From contig CAYXAY010000001.1 of NCBI GenBank assembly GCA_964463155.1, forward strand, positions 1,407 to 65,406: a DNA stretch of 64,000 nucleotides, in the 5' to 3' direction. This DNA comes from an uncultured archaeon (GTDB lineage: Archaea > Iainarchaeota > Iainarchaeia > Iainarchaeales > CSSED10-239). Numbering within the stretch: the stretch's first letter is position 1; each line of letters starts with the position of its first letter. This document shows positions 18,511 through 28,980 of the stretch, piece after piece. The notes beneath the pieces are model-generated. The model was not told the DNA's origin, made no database searches, and worked only from the letters and a program-made list of their open reading frames with translations. Position numbers and translations under genes: made by a program.

Positions 18511-18882
18511 ATGGAAACCTGGAAAATAAAAAAAAAAGTTCTTCTTTCAATCATGGAACTAGCAAAGGCGGCCTTTCCAAACGAGTTTAGTGGAATGCTT
18601 GTTGGTGACAATGAGGAAAAAGTAGTTGATGACATCTATATAATCCCAGTAACAATAAATAGTCGCTTTTCTTCAACAATAAGAACTGATCTTGTTCCAA
18701 TGTCGCTATCAATTATAGGTTCAGCGCATTCTCACCCTTCAAGCTATGCTCGTCCGTCTTCTGCAGACCTTAGTTTTTTTCAAAGCAAATCAATAAACAT
18801 TATCGCCCACTATCCTTATGGTCCAAAAGATTTTACGGTTTTTGACAGCAAAGGCAAGGAAATCCAAGTTGAGGTTATCTAA
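18511..18882 (+). CDS. JAMM/MPN+ metalloprotease (archaeal JAMM deubiquitinase-like)
   Basis: JAMM motif E...HSHPSSYARPSSAD (HxHx7SxxD) with upstream Glu in EFSGMLVG; 123 aa. Confidence 0.7.
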   Translation: METWKIKKKVLLSIMELAKAAFPNEFSGMLVGDNEEKVVDDIYIIPVTINSRFSSTIRTDLVPMSLSIIGSAHSHPSSYARPSSADLSFFQSKSINIIAHYPYGPKDFTVFDSKGKEIQVEVI

Positions 18883-19032
18883 TTTTCTCTAAAAATCCGT
18901 CTAAAAAAACAAAAATTTATAAAACAAACAGCAAAAAGCATTTATTATTTTTGCTACACAATTACATTAGAGGGATAGAATAATACTATTCTAGCAACTA
19001 TTTACTAAAAACCTTAAAATTAAAGATTAGCT

Positions 19033-19527
19033 ATGACTATTGACAAAACAATCCAAGAAGAAATAAACCTTATTAAGCAAAAGCTAGAAGAGCAAGACAA
19101 ATTATCAAAGGAATATCTAGACCTTCTTCAAAGATCACAAGCAGACTTCATTAATTACAAAAACAGAATAGAAAAAGAAACAAAAGATATCCTGTTTATT
19201 GAAGCTTCAAAAATTTTCAATGATTTTCTAAGTTACAGAGAGATTCTTCTAAAAGCAATAGAGTGCGAAACAGAGCCAAAACTAAAAGAAACTCTTTTTC
19301 ATCTTCTAACAAGCCTTGACAATATTCTAAAAAGACAAGGCCTTGAAAGATTAGATGTTCAAGATAAAGACTTTAACCATAACACAAGCGATTGCATATC
19401 TAAACAAGAGATTAAAGATGAAAAGCAAAACAATAAAGTGATAACAGTAATAGAAGACGGTTATCTTCAAAACAAAAGACTAGTAAAACCAGCAAAAGTA
19501 ATTGTTGGAGTTTATATTAAAAAATAA
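19033..19527 (+). CDS. grpE: GrpE nucleotide exchange factor
   Basis: Coiled-coil N-term, [13 protein letters not shown] GrpE signature; upstream of dnaK. Confidence 0.75.
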   Translation: MTIDKTIQEEINLIKQKLEEQDKLSKEYLDLLQRSQADFINYKNRIEKETKDILFIEASKIFNDFLSYREILLKAIECETEPKLKETLFHLLTSLDNILKRQGLERLDVQDKDFNHNTSDCISKQEIKDEKQNNKVITVIEDGYLQNKRLVKPAKVIVGVYIKK

Positions 19528-19529
19528 AA

Positions 19530-21359
19530 ATGGTGAAATATATGACAAAAGTTATTGGTATTGATTTAGGAACAACATTTTCTGCAGTTTCAATAGTTGA
19601 AGCAGGCCAGCCAAAGATTATAATAAACAGAGAAGGCTCAAGAATAACTCCTTCTGTTGTGGGTTTAAGTAATGGCGAAATTATTGTTGGGGCTCTTGCT
19701 AAAAGGCAAGCAGTAATAAACCCTGAAAACACCATATATTCAATAAAAAGAAAAATGGGAACATCCGAAAAAGTAATGTTTGGTGGAAAAGCCAACAGCC
19801 CAGAACAAGTTTCAGCTTACATCCTTCAAAAACTAAAAAAGGATGCTGAGGAGCAGCTAGGTCAAAAGATAACAAAAGCAGTAATAACAGTTCCTGCATA
19901 TTTTTCAGATTCCCAAAGAAAAGCAACAAAAGCAGCAGGTGAGATTGCAGGTCTAGAAGTTCTAAGAATAATTAATGAGCCAACAGCTGCAGCTCTTGCT
20001 TACGGTCTTGACAAAAAACATGTCCACACAATTCTGGTTTTTGATTTTGGTGGGGGAACCTTTGATGTTTCAATACTTGAATTATCAGATGGCGTCTTTG
20101 AAGTCAAAGCTACTGCTGGCGACAACCACTTAGGCGGTGACGACATTGATTCAAAGATCATCGATTATTTAGTTACTGAATTCAAGAAAAAAGAAGGAAT
20201 AGACTTAACAAAAGACAAGATGGCAATGCAAAGATTAAAGGACGAATCAGAAAAAGTAAAGATAGAGCTATCAACAACATTAAAAGCAACAATTAACATA
20301 CCTTATATAACAGCAACCCCAGAGGGCTCAAAACATCTAAACATAGAACTAACACGAGCGAAGCTCGAAGACATGTGTTCTGACATATTCAAAAGACTAG
20401 AGGGTCCAACAAAACAAGCAATAGCTGATTCAAAGATTGATGTTTCAAAACTTGATGAAGTAATTTTAGTAGGCGGTTCAACAAGAATGCCTAAAGTTGT
20501 TGAACTTGTTGAGAAACTAACAAAAAAGAAAGCAAACAAATCAATCAACCCTGACGAAGTTGTTGCTATGGGCGCAGCAATCCAAGGCGCGGTTCTTCAA
20601 GGAGAGATAAAAGATGTTTTGCTTCTTGACGTAACTCCTTTGTCTCTAGGTATAGAAACCTTAGGTGGAGTCTTTACAAAACTTCTTGAAAGAAACACAA
20701 CAATTCCAACAAAGAAGTCTCAGATTTTTTCAACAGCCTCAGATTCCCAAACAGCAGTAGACATTCATGTTCTTCAAGGCGAAAGACCATTAGCAAAAGA
20801 CAACTTGACTCTTGGAAGATTCCAGTTAGTAGGCATCCCTCCAGCACCAAGAGGAGTTCCACAAATTGAAGTTACTTTTGATATTGATGCTAATGGAATA
20901 ATACATGTCACCGCAAAAGACCTAGGCACAGGAAAGTCTCAAAACATAAAAATCACTTCAACAACTTCTTTAAGCAAAGAAGAGATTGAAAGATTAAAAA
21001 GAGAAGCAGAGGAACACGCAGAGGAAGATAAAAAAACCAAAGAGAAAATTGAAGTTAGACACAAAGCAGAGACTTTAGTCTATTCAATTGATTCTGTTCT
21101 TGAAGAGGCAAAGGACAAGTTATCTACAGAAGATACAGAAGACATAAAAAAACTAAAAACAGAACTCCAAGAAGCAATAGATAATGATTCTCCAAATCTT
21201 GAAGAAAAAACAATTGCTCTTCAGACAAGGCTTTATGATATTTCAAAGAAGCTTTATCAACAGGCATCTTCACAGTCTCAAAATCAAGAAGAACCAAAGG
21301 ACGACAAAAAAGACAATGGAAAAACAGTAGATGCAGAATACACAACAGAAGACAAGTAA
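19530..21359 (+). CDS. dnaK: Chaperone DnaK (Hsp70); probable true start ATG at 19542
   Basis: [29 protein letters not shown] signatures; 605-609 aa. Confidence 0.95.
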   Translation: MVKYMTKVIGIDLGTTFSAVSIVEAGQPKIIINREGSRITPSVVGLSNGEIIVGALAKRQAVINPENTIYSIKRKMGTSEKVMFGGKANSPEQVSAYILQKLKKDAEEQLGQKITKAVITVPAYFSDSQRKATKAAGEIAGLEVLRIINEPTAAALAYGLDKKHVHTILVFDFGGGTFDVSILELSDGVFEVKATAGDNHLGGDDIDSKIIDYLVTEFKKKEGIDLTKDKMAMQRLKDESEKVKIELSTTLKATINIPYITATPEGSKHLNIELTRAKLEDMCSDIFKRLEGPTKQAIADSKIDVSKLDEVILVGGSTRMPKVVELVEKLTKKKANKSINPDEVVAMGAAIQGAVLQGEIKDVLLLDVTPLSLGIETLGGVFTKLLERNTTIPTKKSQIFSTASDSQTAVDIHVLQGERPLAKDNLTLGRFQLVGIPPAPRGVPQIEVTFDIDANGIIHVTAKDLGTGKSQNIKITSTTSLSKEEIERLKREAEEHAEEDKKTKEKIEVRHKAETLVYSIDSVLEEAKDKLSTEDTEDIKKLKTELQEAIDNDSPNLEEKTIALQTRLYDISKKLYQQASSQSQNQEEPKDDKKDNGKTVDAEYTTEDK

Positions 21360-21378
21360 AAAGGATTGAGACAAGAAA

Positions 21379-22527
21379 ATGTCAAGCAACAAAAATTTTT
21401 ATGATATTCTTGGAGTCAAGAAATCAGCAACAGCAGAAGAGTTAAAACAGGCTTATAAGCAACTAGTAAAAAAATACCATCCAGATATCTCCAAAGAACC
21501 AAATGCTGAAGAAAAGCTAAAAGAAATAACTCATGCTTATTCAATTCTTGGCGATGAAAACAAAAGAAAACAATATGATATGTTAGGCGAGGCTGCATTT
21601 AATGGTGGGGGTTACCAGGATTTCAATTTCAGCGAAGACTTTGATTTTGATCTTTCAAAAATATTTTCCAGGTTTGGCTTTTCTGAAGATGATTTCTTTG
21701 AAGAGTTTTCTGGTTTTAAAAATCGCGGTTTTGGTTCTCATGGGAAACGCCAAGAGTGGGCAGACCTTAACTTGAAAACAAAAATAAATGTTGATTTTGT
21801 TACTTCTGTTAAGGGCGGTAAAAAAGAAATAAAACTTGACAAAGATGTTGTCTGCTATACTTGTGAAGGCACAGGATCAAAATCAAAATCAAAAACAACC
21901 TGTTCAACTTGTGGCGGCAAAGGCAGAACAATTTTAAGAAAGCAAACTCCTTTTGGTATGTTTGCAATTGAACAATTATGTTCAAAATGTAAAGGACATG
22001 GCACAATAATCTCTGATTTATGCAAGTCTTGTGGTGGCAAAGGTCACCTAAAAAAATCAGTAACCTTAAATGTTGATGTTCCTGCAGGTGTCAATAATGG
22101 CGATATCATAAGACAAAGAGGCGCAGGAAACACTCATGATGGTCAATCAGGTGACTTATTCATTCAAGTTTTTGTATCCAACCATGAGTTCTTCAAAAGA
22201 GAAGGCTTTGATCTTTACTGTGAAGTCCCAATCATTTATAGCGACTTAATTCTTGGAACAAAAATAAAAATCAAAGGCATCCAGGACACAATCACCTTAA
22301 CAATCCCGTCAGGCACAAAATATGAAACCGTCTTTAAGATTTCAGGTAAAGGGGTTCCAGACCCTAATAGAAGAGGACTTCATGGTTCTTTGTTTGTAAA
22401 AGTTCTTCTTGCTGAACCCATTGATGTCAGTCGCGAATATAAACAGCTTCTCGAAAGACTAGCACAGATTGATTCAAAGACAAAAAAGAAAATCCAAGAT
22501 AAGTTTAAAGATTATATAAGTTTTTAA
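21379..22527 (+). CDS. dnaJ: Chaperone DnaJ (J domain + Gly/Phe region + four CxxCxGxG zinc-finger repeats)
   Basis: YYDILGV...KKYHPD J domain; CYTCEGTG, CSTCGGKG, CSKCKGHG, CKSCGGKG. Confidence 0.9.
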   Translation: MSSNKNFYDILGVKKSATAEELKQAYKQLVKKYHPDISKEPNAEEKLKEITHAYSILGDENKRKQYDMLGEAAFNGGGYQDFNFSEDFDFDLSKIFSRFGFSEDDFFEEFSGFKNRGFGSHGKRQEWADLNLKTKINVDFVTSVKGGKKEIKLDKDVVCYTCEGTGSKSKSKTTCSTCGGKGRTILRKQTPFGMFAIEQLCSKCKGHGTIISDLCKSCGGKGHLKKSVTLNVDVPAGVNNGDIIRQRGAGNTHDGQSGDLFIQVFVSNHEFFKREGFDLYCEVPIIYSDLILGTKIKIKGIQDTITLTIPSGTKYETVFKISGKGVPDPNRRGLHGSLFVKVLLAEPIDVSREYKQLLERLAQIDSKTKKKIQDKFKDYISF

Positions 22528-25500
22528 AAATACTCAGACAATGACCTTTGTACCCTTGATTTTTTGTCTGAGAAAAGTGAATTGATTTCGTCTTCGCTAA
22601 GCTGTATTCTTTGTAAAAGATGAGGATTCAAGTTATAATCGATCACAAGGTTTTTAGCAACTTCTAGATATTTCTTAATAGAGCCCTGTGCAATTGTTAA
22701 GATTAATTTCCCACCGCAATCGCAAACTCCAGAAAGTGGTATTCGTCTATATTTCTTATTGCACTTTACGCATCTTAACTTTTGGCGAGCAAAAGCCCTA
22801 GTGTTACCAATAATGTCCGGGAAAAGATGATAATGCAAAAGTCTTTCAAGAGAGTCTTTGTTATCAACAGCTTTTATTCTTCCCTGAAGCTTTGCTTGTT
22901 TTTGCATTTTGTCTGCCATTGATTTGATTGAAATATAATTTGATTGCTTAGGTCCTTCATCAAAAGCAAAAGTGTCATGTGTAAACTTTATACAATCATA
23001 TTGTTCTTCTGTTCCAAGTATTTTTCCGGCATTAACAATTTCAAAAACCTTGTCTGCTTCAGTGAAGTTTTTTGTGGCCTGATAAAACTCATAAGGATAT
23101 TCTGTGTTAGTCTCTATCTCATGTGACTCGTCATCAATCTCAAATGGCGAAAGCACAGTGGTAAAAGCAATAGGCGCATCCATTCTCCCTCCCCTTCCTG
23201 CACTCAAATATGCGCAAGAGAAATTAAGCATAGAGTCCATTAACAAAAGCATAGAGTCTTGGTCACCATCAACATTTCTTCTTTTTGCAGTAATATAATA
23301 GGGATGCCCCCAAGCAAGTTTAGATTTAGAATAACCAATTATTCTTCCTACAATACCGGCAGAGGTATGTGGAGCAAGTCCAATTACAAGTTGTCCAATA
23401 AGGTCTTCTTTAGTCTTAGCATTATAAAATCTTGAAAGCTTATAAAACTTTTCAAGTTCATCATCAACAAAAGCAGCGACTCTCAAAAAATAGTCCCCGC
23501 AATGTTCGTCAACAATAATGTCTTGAGGAAAGATAGACACTCTCTGGTTGTCATCTTTTAAGTCATTTCCAAGATAATCGTGCTTATACCCAAGTTCTTT
23601 TAGCCTTTCAACATTTATTCCAAGTTCTTTTGCAGACACTTGAGTAATAGTCGCATTCAATGCTTCATATCTGCAAGTGCCGTCTCTAAAAATATAAACA
23701 TTATGTTTTGCTCTAAGTATTCCTTTCTCAAGTGGCTCTGAGTGTTTTTCTCTGCTGATAAGTCCCTTGACCCCCTTTAAAGTTTCAGGCACCCCCACTA
23801 GAAGATTGTTTGCTGCCTGTTCAATTTGTTTGTCAATATTTATTTTATGTTCAAGTTTAGGTTTAGTTTCAATATTACATTTATTACATATTTCCTGCAA
23901 TGTTTGGCTCTTACATTTTATACATTCTCTTATGGTCTTTGTGCCAGTCCTACAATCAAAGCAATAGTTCCCAAACAATATCTTCTTACAATAAGGGCAC
24001 ATATATGCTTTAATTTCAACACAATTTATCCCAACATCATGTTTTGTTTCTCCATTAGCGCTTTTCCTTGTTGCCTTAATCAAATCTCTTGAGTTTCCAA
24101 AGCCTCTTCCGATAGGGAAAAGAGCATGTGGCTTTCCGACCATCTCTCTTTCATGTGCGGCTTCAGGTCTTCCCATTCTTGCTCCAATCCAAAACCCGGA
24201 TTTCTCTCTAATGTCTATTTTAGATATATGACTTAAAATATCTGTTGCCTTCTTGTCTTCGTCTTCAATTTCTTCCTTAAATTCCTCTAAAGGATCAATA
24301 GCATTCATTGCCCCAACAGTCTTTAGGAAAGGATATGCTTGTTCTTGTTCAATCAATATTTTGTTTTCTTCTTCCAAATACTTATGAACAAGCCCTATCT
24401 TTTCTAATATCCCTTTAATGTAGCTATCATATTCAATTTTCAAGCCAATAATCTGTGATTCTTTTTTTGTTAATATCTCTGTTCCAATAACTTCAATTGT
24501 TTTTTCCAAGATGTCTTTTATGCTTTCAAAGATTGTAGGTTTATTTTTGGTTTCTTCTTCTTCTTCTTCGTTTGTTGAAAATACCTTATCTGTGTTTCTT
24601 ACCTGTCTTATTAATGTTTTTAATTCTTCATGATTCAAAAGATCATAATAAAATATATACTTAGGAAACAATGGCAAATTATATTTGATACTTAATGCAA
24701 CAGCGCTATAAGGGTTTGGCTTTTGATAAAACTCTTTACACATTTCAAGAACAGGCCTTGGTATCTTGTGTGTTCTAAAAAGATATTCAATCTCAGAAAG
24801 CCATTCTTCCTCAACATACCCAGATTTAATCAAAGGGTGACCTGTTTTCCTAAAGTCCCCAACAGAAATAAGCATGTCTCCAACAAAAAGAATCCTATCT
24901 ATCTGCTCAATATATTTTTTTGCGTCTTCAACATAGTCAATAGCAACAACATCTTTGTTCTTTAATCTAACAATTGGCCCATCAATTGTTGAACAAGGAA
25001 AATATTGCAATGATTTTCCTGGTCTTTCAATTCTTCCATGTGTTCCAACAGCAATGAATTCATCTAAGACAAACATTGTTGAAGGATTAATGGCTTTAGC
25101 CATAAGTCCAGTGTTTCTAGCTTTACCATATCTGAGTCTAAACCCACCTTCCCTAAAAGGATAAGCAAAAACTGGTCTTCCAGCAGCCAGACCTTCAAGA
25201 TATTTCGTTGATGGCTTTAACTCAACCCCTTCAGCAGTCTTCTTTACTTTAACAAGTTTTTCCATCCAAGACCAATCAAGTCCTAATTTTTTACTAGTGT
25301 TCATGATCTTTAAGGCTCTAACATAAAGCCCGTCAATAAGAACAAGACACATAGCCCCTCTAACCTTGTTTGTGTCAATTCCAGGAACATCTCTGTTAGC
25401 AACAATTTCAACTTCACTATCCGCAAAGCTATTTATCCTTATTGGACAATTCTCAACCAAGATTTTAATTTCAGTTTCAGTAACTCTTTGCTGTCTAGCA

Positions 25501-26120
25501 ACAACTTCTTCCTGATAACGCATTGCTTCTTCAATAACTCTGTTAACTTCTCTTTTGCTTGGTTTATATATGTCAATATTTAATTTTTTTCTTGCAAGAT
25601 CTCCAAGTAACAACGGCAATGTCTGAGCGTTACCGCCAGCGGCTCTGATAGGTCCGGCATAATAAATGTCAATAAAATCAGAATAGTCTTCATTTTTTGA
25701 AATCTTAATCTGTGGCAAACCATCAATGGGGGAAACAACAACACCCCCTGTCTCAATAATAAGCGCAGTTCTTAATGCTTGGTCCAGTCTTTTTTCAGGG
25801 TCTTCAATATCTCCAAGTTGCTTGTCAAGTATCATATTAAATATCTCTAGCATTACTGGAAACCTGCGCTGATGTTTTTCCCATAATGTATTATATACTT
25901 CTGCAACTCCCGGAGGACCGACCAAAAGCTCTGTCTTTTCTGCAATACCTTTAGCAGGAACTGATTCAATGTCTTTATGCACATCTTTTCCTTGCTTTCT
26001 CGCATTTCTTGCAAGCGCTATAGCGACATCTATTTGTTCAGTCAATTTATGGTAATATTCCTTAATATCCTTGTTTGCTAAAATATTTGTCTCACTCATA
26101 ACCCACTTCTTCTCTTTCAA
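22524..26120 (-). CDS. polD: DNA polymerase II (PolD) large subunit DP2, intein-free
   Basis: 1198 aa; characteristic DP2 double-psi beta-barrel region and Cys clusters (CPYCKK...CFDC, CVKCNKKYRRIPLSGVCDCGGKL). Confidence 0.85.
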   Translation of the reverse strand: MKEKKWVMSETNILANKDIKEYYHKLTEQIDVAIALARNARKQGKDVHKDIESVPAKGIAEKTELLVGPPGVAEVYNTLWEKHQRRFPVMLEIFNMILDKQLGDIEDPEKRLDQALRTALIIETGGVVVSPIDGLPQIKISKNEDYSDFIDIYYAGPIRAAGGNAQTLPLLLGDLARKKLNIDIYKPSKREVNRVIEEAMRYQEEVVARQQRVTETEIKILVENCPIRINSFADSEVEIVANRDVPGIDTNKVRGAMCLVLIDGLYVRALKIMNTSKKLGLDWSWMEKLVKVKKTAEGVELKPSTKYLEGLAAGRPVFAYPFREGGFRLRYGKARNTGLMAKAINPSTMFVLDEFIAVGTHGRIERPGKSLQYFPCSTIDGPIVRLKNKDVVAIDYVEDAKKYIEQIDRILFVGDMLISVGDFRKTGHPLIKSGYVEEEWLSEIEYLFRTHKIPRPVLEMCKEFYQKPNPYSAVALSIKYNLPLFPKYIFYYDLLNHEELKTLIRQVRNTDKVFSTNEEEEEETKNKPTIFESIKDILEKTIEVIGTEILTKKESQIIGLKIEYDSYIKGILEKIGLVHKYLEEENKILIEQEQAYPFLKTVGAMNAIDPLEEFKEEIEDEDKKATDILSHISKIDIREKSGFWIGARMGRPEAAHEREMVGKPHALFPIGRGFGNSRDLIKATRKSANGETKHDVGINCVEIKAYMCPYCKKILFGNYCFDCRTGTKTIRECIKCKSQTLQEICNKCNIETKPKLEHKINIDKQIEQAANNLLVGVPETLKGVKGLISREKHSEPLEKGILRAKHNVYIFRDGTCRYEALNATITQVSAKELGINVERLKELGYKHDYLGNDLKDDNQRVSIFPQDIIVDEHCGDYFLRVAAFVDDELEKFYKLSRFYNAKTKEDLIGQLVIGLAPHTSAGIVGRIIGYSKSKLAWGHPYYITAKRRNVDGDQDSMLLLMDSMLNFSCAYLSAGRGGRMDAPIAFTTVLSPFEIDDESHEIETNTEYPYEFYQATKNFTEADKVFEIVNAGKILGTEEQYDCIKFTHDTFAFDEGPKQSNYISIKSMADKMQKQAKLQGRIKAVDNKDSLERLLHYHLFPDIIGNTRAFARQKLRCVKCNKKYRRIPLSGVCDCGGKLILTIAQGSIKKYLEVAKNLVIDYNLNPHLLQRIQLSEDEINSLFSDKKSRVQRSLSEYF

Positions 26121-27585
26121 AATCCTTTATACAAAGTTTTTGGTTTTTTAAATTAAACAACACGACCTTTGACACAGTTGGCATGTGTCCCATCTCTTTC
26201 TGAAAAGATGTGATTGATTGCCAGCAAGAAGTGCTAACAAGATGACAGCTCTTGTATCTAGAGTATGCATGATGATGTATGTGTCCGCAAATAAAAACAT
26301 CTGGTACTTCTTTTATTGTCAAAAAGTTCTTTTCAATAGGAATAAATGTTTGCTTTTCCCCAAACTGCGGCATCAAGTCTCTTCTTCTAATAAGTTCTTT
26401 TTGCGCTAAGTCTGGTCTATCCATTTTAATATCCTTTACTTTTCCAAATATCCCATGAAGAGCAAATCCGTGATATGTTAAAAACATTAGCCCCTCAAGT
26501 TCTATCCAAGCAGGCGAACCTAAAAGATGAATATTTTTCTTAAGATAAAGATTAGGTAAAAACTTTTCAGAAATTGCAGGCTGAGGATCAGAAATCCTTA
26601 CAGCATCGTGGTTTCCAGGTATCAAGAAAACCTCAATATTCTCTGGAATCCTTAAAATAAAATCTTCAAATGCCTTATATTGTTCAAATATGTCAGTGAT
26701 TGCAAGTTCGTCATACTGCTTATTGTATATTCCAATACCATCAACCAAGTCTCCTGCAATAATAATATATTTAATTTTTTCAATAATTCTCTTGTCTTCA
26801 TCATTAACATTAAAGCTATTTAACCATTCAATAAAATCATTAAATTCATGTTCTCTAAACAACTTACTTCCAATATGGGTGTCTCCAAGTATAACAACAA
26901 AAGAATCATCCTTAAGTTGTTGTGTTTTTGTGCTATAAGGAATATCAGCATATGTCATTTCTTTTGCAATAAACAGGTCTTTAGAAATAATAGAACACTT
27001 AAACCCCAAAACATTATCCATTAATATCTCTTTTGGGTTGACATTGTATCTTATCCCATTGCAGTTATTGTCAATCCTTGTTCCTTCTGTTTTTTCCATA
27101 ACAACAATATTGACTTTTCCGGTGGGATCGTCAACGGTCAGCAAGAGATTTCCGTTTTTGGTTATTCTTTTGTCAAGAACCATTCCAATAATATCAACTT
27201 CTTTTCCTTTTAGTTCTCTTTTAGCATCAGCAATCGTTTGATGATTAAATCCTTCTCTTTTTCTAATAATCTCAAACAAAGTATTGTATTTGTCTAAAAA
27301 CAAAGCAAGAAAGTCATCAACCTGCCCCTGTGACAGTTGCTTTCCAGTAACATCATAAGCGTCAAATATTCTAAAGTTCTTTCCATTATTAGAGATTACA
27401 TTTTCCACAGATTCAACCATTGAACTTATAATCTTTCTAACATCTTCTGTGCAAACAAAAATCTTGTTTTCAGCAGCCAATCTGTCAAGTATTTTCCTAT
27501 AATTATTTGAATTCAATAATCTAAGGCAATCCTCATTAATTATCAGATTTTTATCTTGTGCGTAACAAACAATCTTTGAATCCAT
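26092..27585 (-). CDS. DNA polymerase II (PolD) small subunit DP1 (calcineurin-like phosphoesterase/exonuclease)
   Basis: GDTHIG, AGDLVDGIGIY, IPGNHD, CGHIHH phosphoesterase motifs; OB-fold N-term; overlaps DP2 start. Confidence 0.85.
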   Translation of the reverse strand: MDSKIVCYAQDKNLIINEDCLRLLNSNNYRKILDRLAAENKIFVCTEDVRKIISSMVESVENVISNNGKNFRIFDAYDVTGKQLSQGQVDDFLALFLDKYNTLFEIIRKREGFNHQTIADAKRELKGKEVDIIGMVLDKRITKNGNLLLTVDDPTGKVNIVVMEKTEGTRIDNNCNGIRYNVNPKEILMDNVLGFKCSIISKDLFIAKEMTYADIPYSTKTQQLKDDSFVVILGDTHIGSKLFREHEFNDFIEWLNSFNVNDEDKRIIEKIKYIIIAGDLVDGIGIYNKQYDELAITDIFEQYKAFEDFILRIPENIEVFLIPGNHDAVRISDPQPAISEKFLPNLYLKKNIHLLGSPAWIELEGLMFLTYHGFALHGIFGKVKDIKMDRPDLAQKELIRRRDLMPQFGEKQTFIPIEKNFLTIKEVPDVFICGHIHHHAYSRYKSCHLVSTSCWQSITSFQKEMGHMPTVSKVVLFNLKNQKLCIKDFEREEVGYE

Positions 27586-27592
27586 CTTGTTT

Positions 27593-27868
27593 TCATTTTA
27601 TACTTTCTTTTAAGTTTTCTAACTTACTAATAAGCGACCACATAGCACTTCTGCAAAATTGCGGCACATTGTTGTTGTTTGTTATGTCTTCCAATTCATA
27701 AAGTATGCTTGATATCTCTATATCGTCACATTTCTTCTTTAGTCTTTCTTCAATACCATTTAACAACCGCTTTAGGTTCTTTGGTATTGATCCATCTTCT
27801 ATTAGAAACTCAATCTCTGAAACAATCTCTTGTATCATCTTAGAAGTGTCTACTATCTTCTTTGGCAT
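27593..27868 (-). CDS. UPF0147-family small protein
   Basis: 91 aa; DGSIPKNLKRL ... NNNVPQFCRSAMWSLISKLE resembles conserved UPF0147 repeats. Confidence 0.45.
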   Translation of the reverse strand: MPKKIVDTSKMIQEIVSEIEFLIEDGSIPKNLKRLLNGIEERLKKKCDDIEISSILYELEDITNNNNVPQFCRSAMWSLISKLENLKESIK

Positions 27869-27945
27869 ATTATCACTTCCTTAATTGTTAAAAATAGCAA
27901 TTAATATATATTTTTGCAGTAAATCATTTTTAATAGCTTTTGGTT

Positions 27946-28881
27946 TTATTCCCATCTACTTTTTTTGTTTTTCTTTTCAATAGGATAGGTTTCCAAAAGC
28001 TCTCTGATTGTAATGTTTTTTTCGCCTTTCATAAACTGGTTCTTTTCATAGCCACTTGATACCACAATTTCTTTTCCTGGATTATTTTTTTTTATAAAAT
28101 CCAACATGTGCTTTTGTTCAGTTTCTGAAAGATTCGGGTTGTAAATAAAAACAATCAAATCAGATAATGCTTTGATTGCGGCAATTGCTTGTTTTTCAAT
28201 AGCATTCATGTTCTTAAATTCAGTGTGCAAAAGTCCGGGGGTATCAATAACTTGATATGTCTCTTGTCTTCTATTTAAGTAACCTATATTAAGTGCTTTA
28301 GTTGTAAAAGCATAAACATTAATTTCGGGCGTGGCTTCAGTTATCTTTGTAAGATATGTTGTTTTTCCAGCATTTGGAAGTCCAATAAGAACAATAGTTC
28401 TAAGATTAAAATCAGGACTTGCAATTCTTCTAAAGCCTTTCTCCAAATCAATCAGCTTGTCAAAAGTGCTATCTAAGTTCTTAAGAACAGAAGCAAGCCT
28501 TCCAACATATTCTTTCTTTATTTTTACAAACTTGTCTTTATCAAATTTACTTCCTCTTCTTTCCTGCATCCTCAGTAATAATTTTTTGTATTTTTCTGAA
28601 AGTTTGTTGATAACGGTAATTGTACTGGTTATGTGGTTTCTATATTTTTCAATTGTTGTTTTTGGACAGATGTTTTTAAACATCAGCTTATAATATTCGT
28701 TTTTTATCTCATAATTTGGTAACCTGTCAGAAACACACTTAAGTTTGTCAGTAACCCCCACTTGATAAGCAGAGATATACTTGTGCGCAAGGTCGTTTCT
28801 TTGAAAGTCCTTGGTTTTTCTAACTTTATTAATAATAACATCCAATATATCCTTGGATTTAGTGATTTTTGGGAAGTTCAT
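27946..28881 (-). CDS. NOG1/HSR1-family GTPase
   Basis: G1 GLPNAGKTT, G3 DTPG, NOG1-like N-terminal helical domain; 311 aa. Confidence 0.7.
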   Translation of the reverse strand: MNFPKITKSKDILDVIINKVRKTKDFQRNDLAHKYISAYQVGVTDKLKCVSDRLPNYEIKNEYYKLMFKNICPKTTIEKYRNHITSTITVINKLSEKYKKLLLRMQERRGSKFDKDKFVKIKKEYVGRLASVLKNLDSTFDKLIDLEKGFRRIASPDFNLRTIVLIGLPNAGKTTYLTKITEATPEINVYAFTTKALNIGYLNRRQETYQVIDTPGLLHTEFKNMNAIEKQAIAAIKALSDLIVFIYNPNLSETEQKHMLDFIKKNNPGKEIVVSSGYEKNQFMKGEKNITIRELLETYPIEKKNKKSRWE

Positions 28882-28980
28882 ATTTTTCTTATTTTGATTA
28901 AGTATTTAAAGGATTTGGTTATAAATATATATAATAATATAATATTTTATATATTCTTCTTTTAAAACGGTGTAAAATCT

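Noticed and set aside
22524-26120. Intein in the PolD large subunit
   Set aside because: The length (1198 aa) is in the normal intein-free range, and no Hint or endonuclease block (for example a C-terminal HN-CxN splice junction) interrupts the conserved motifs.
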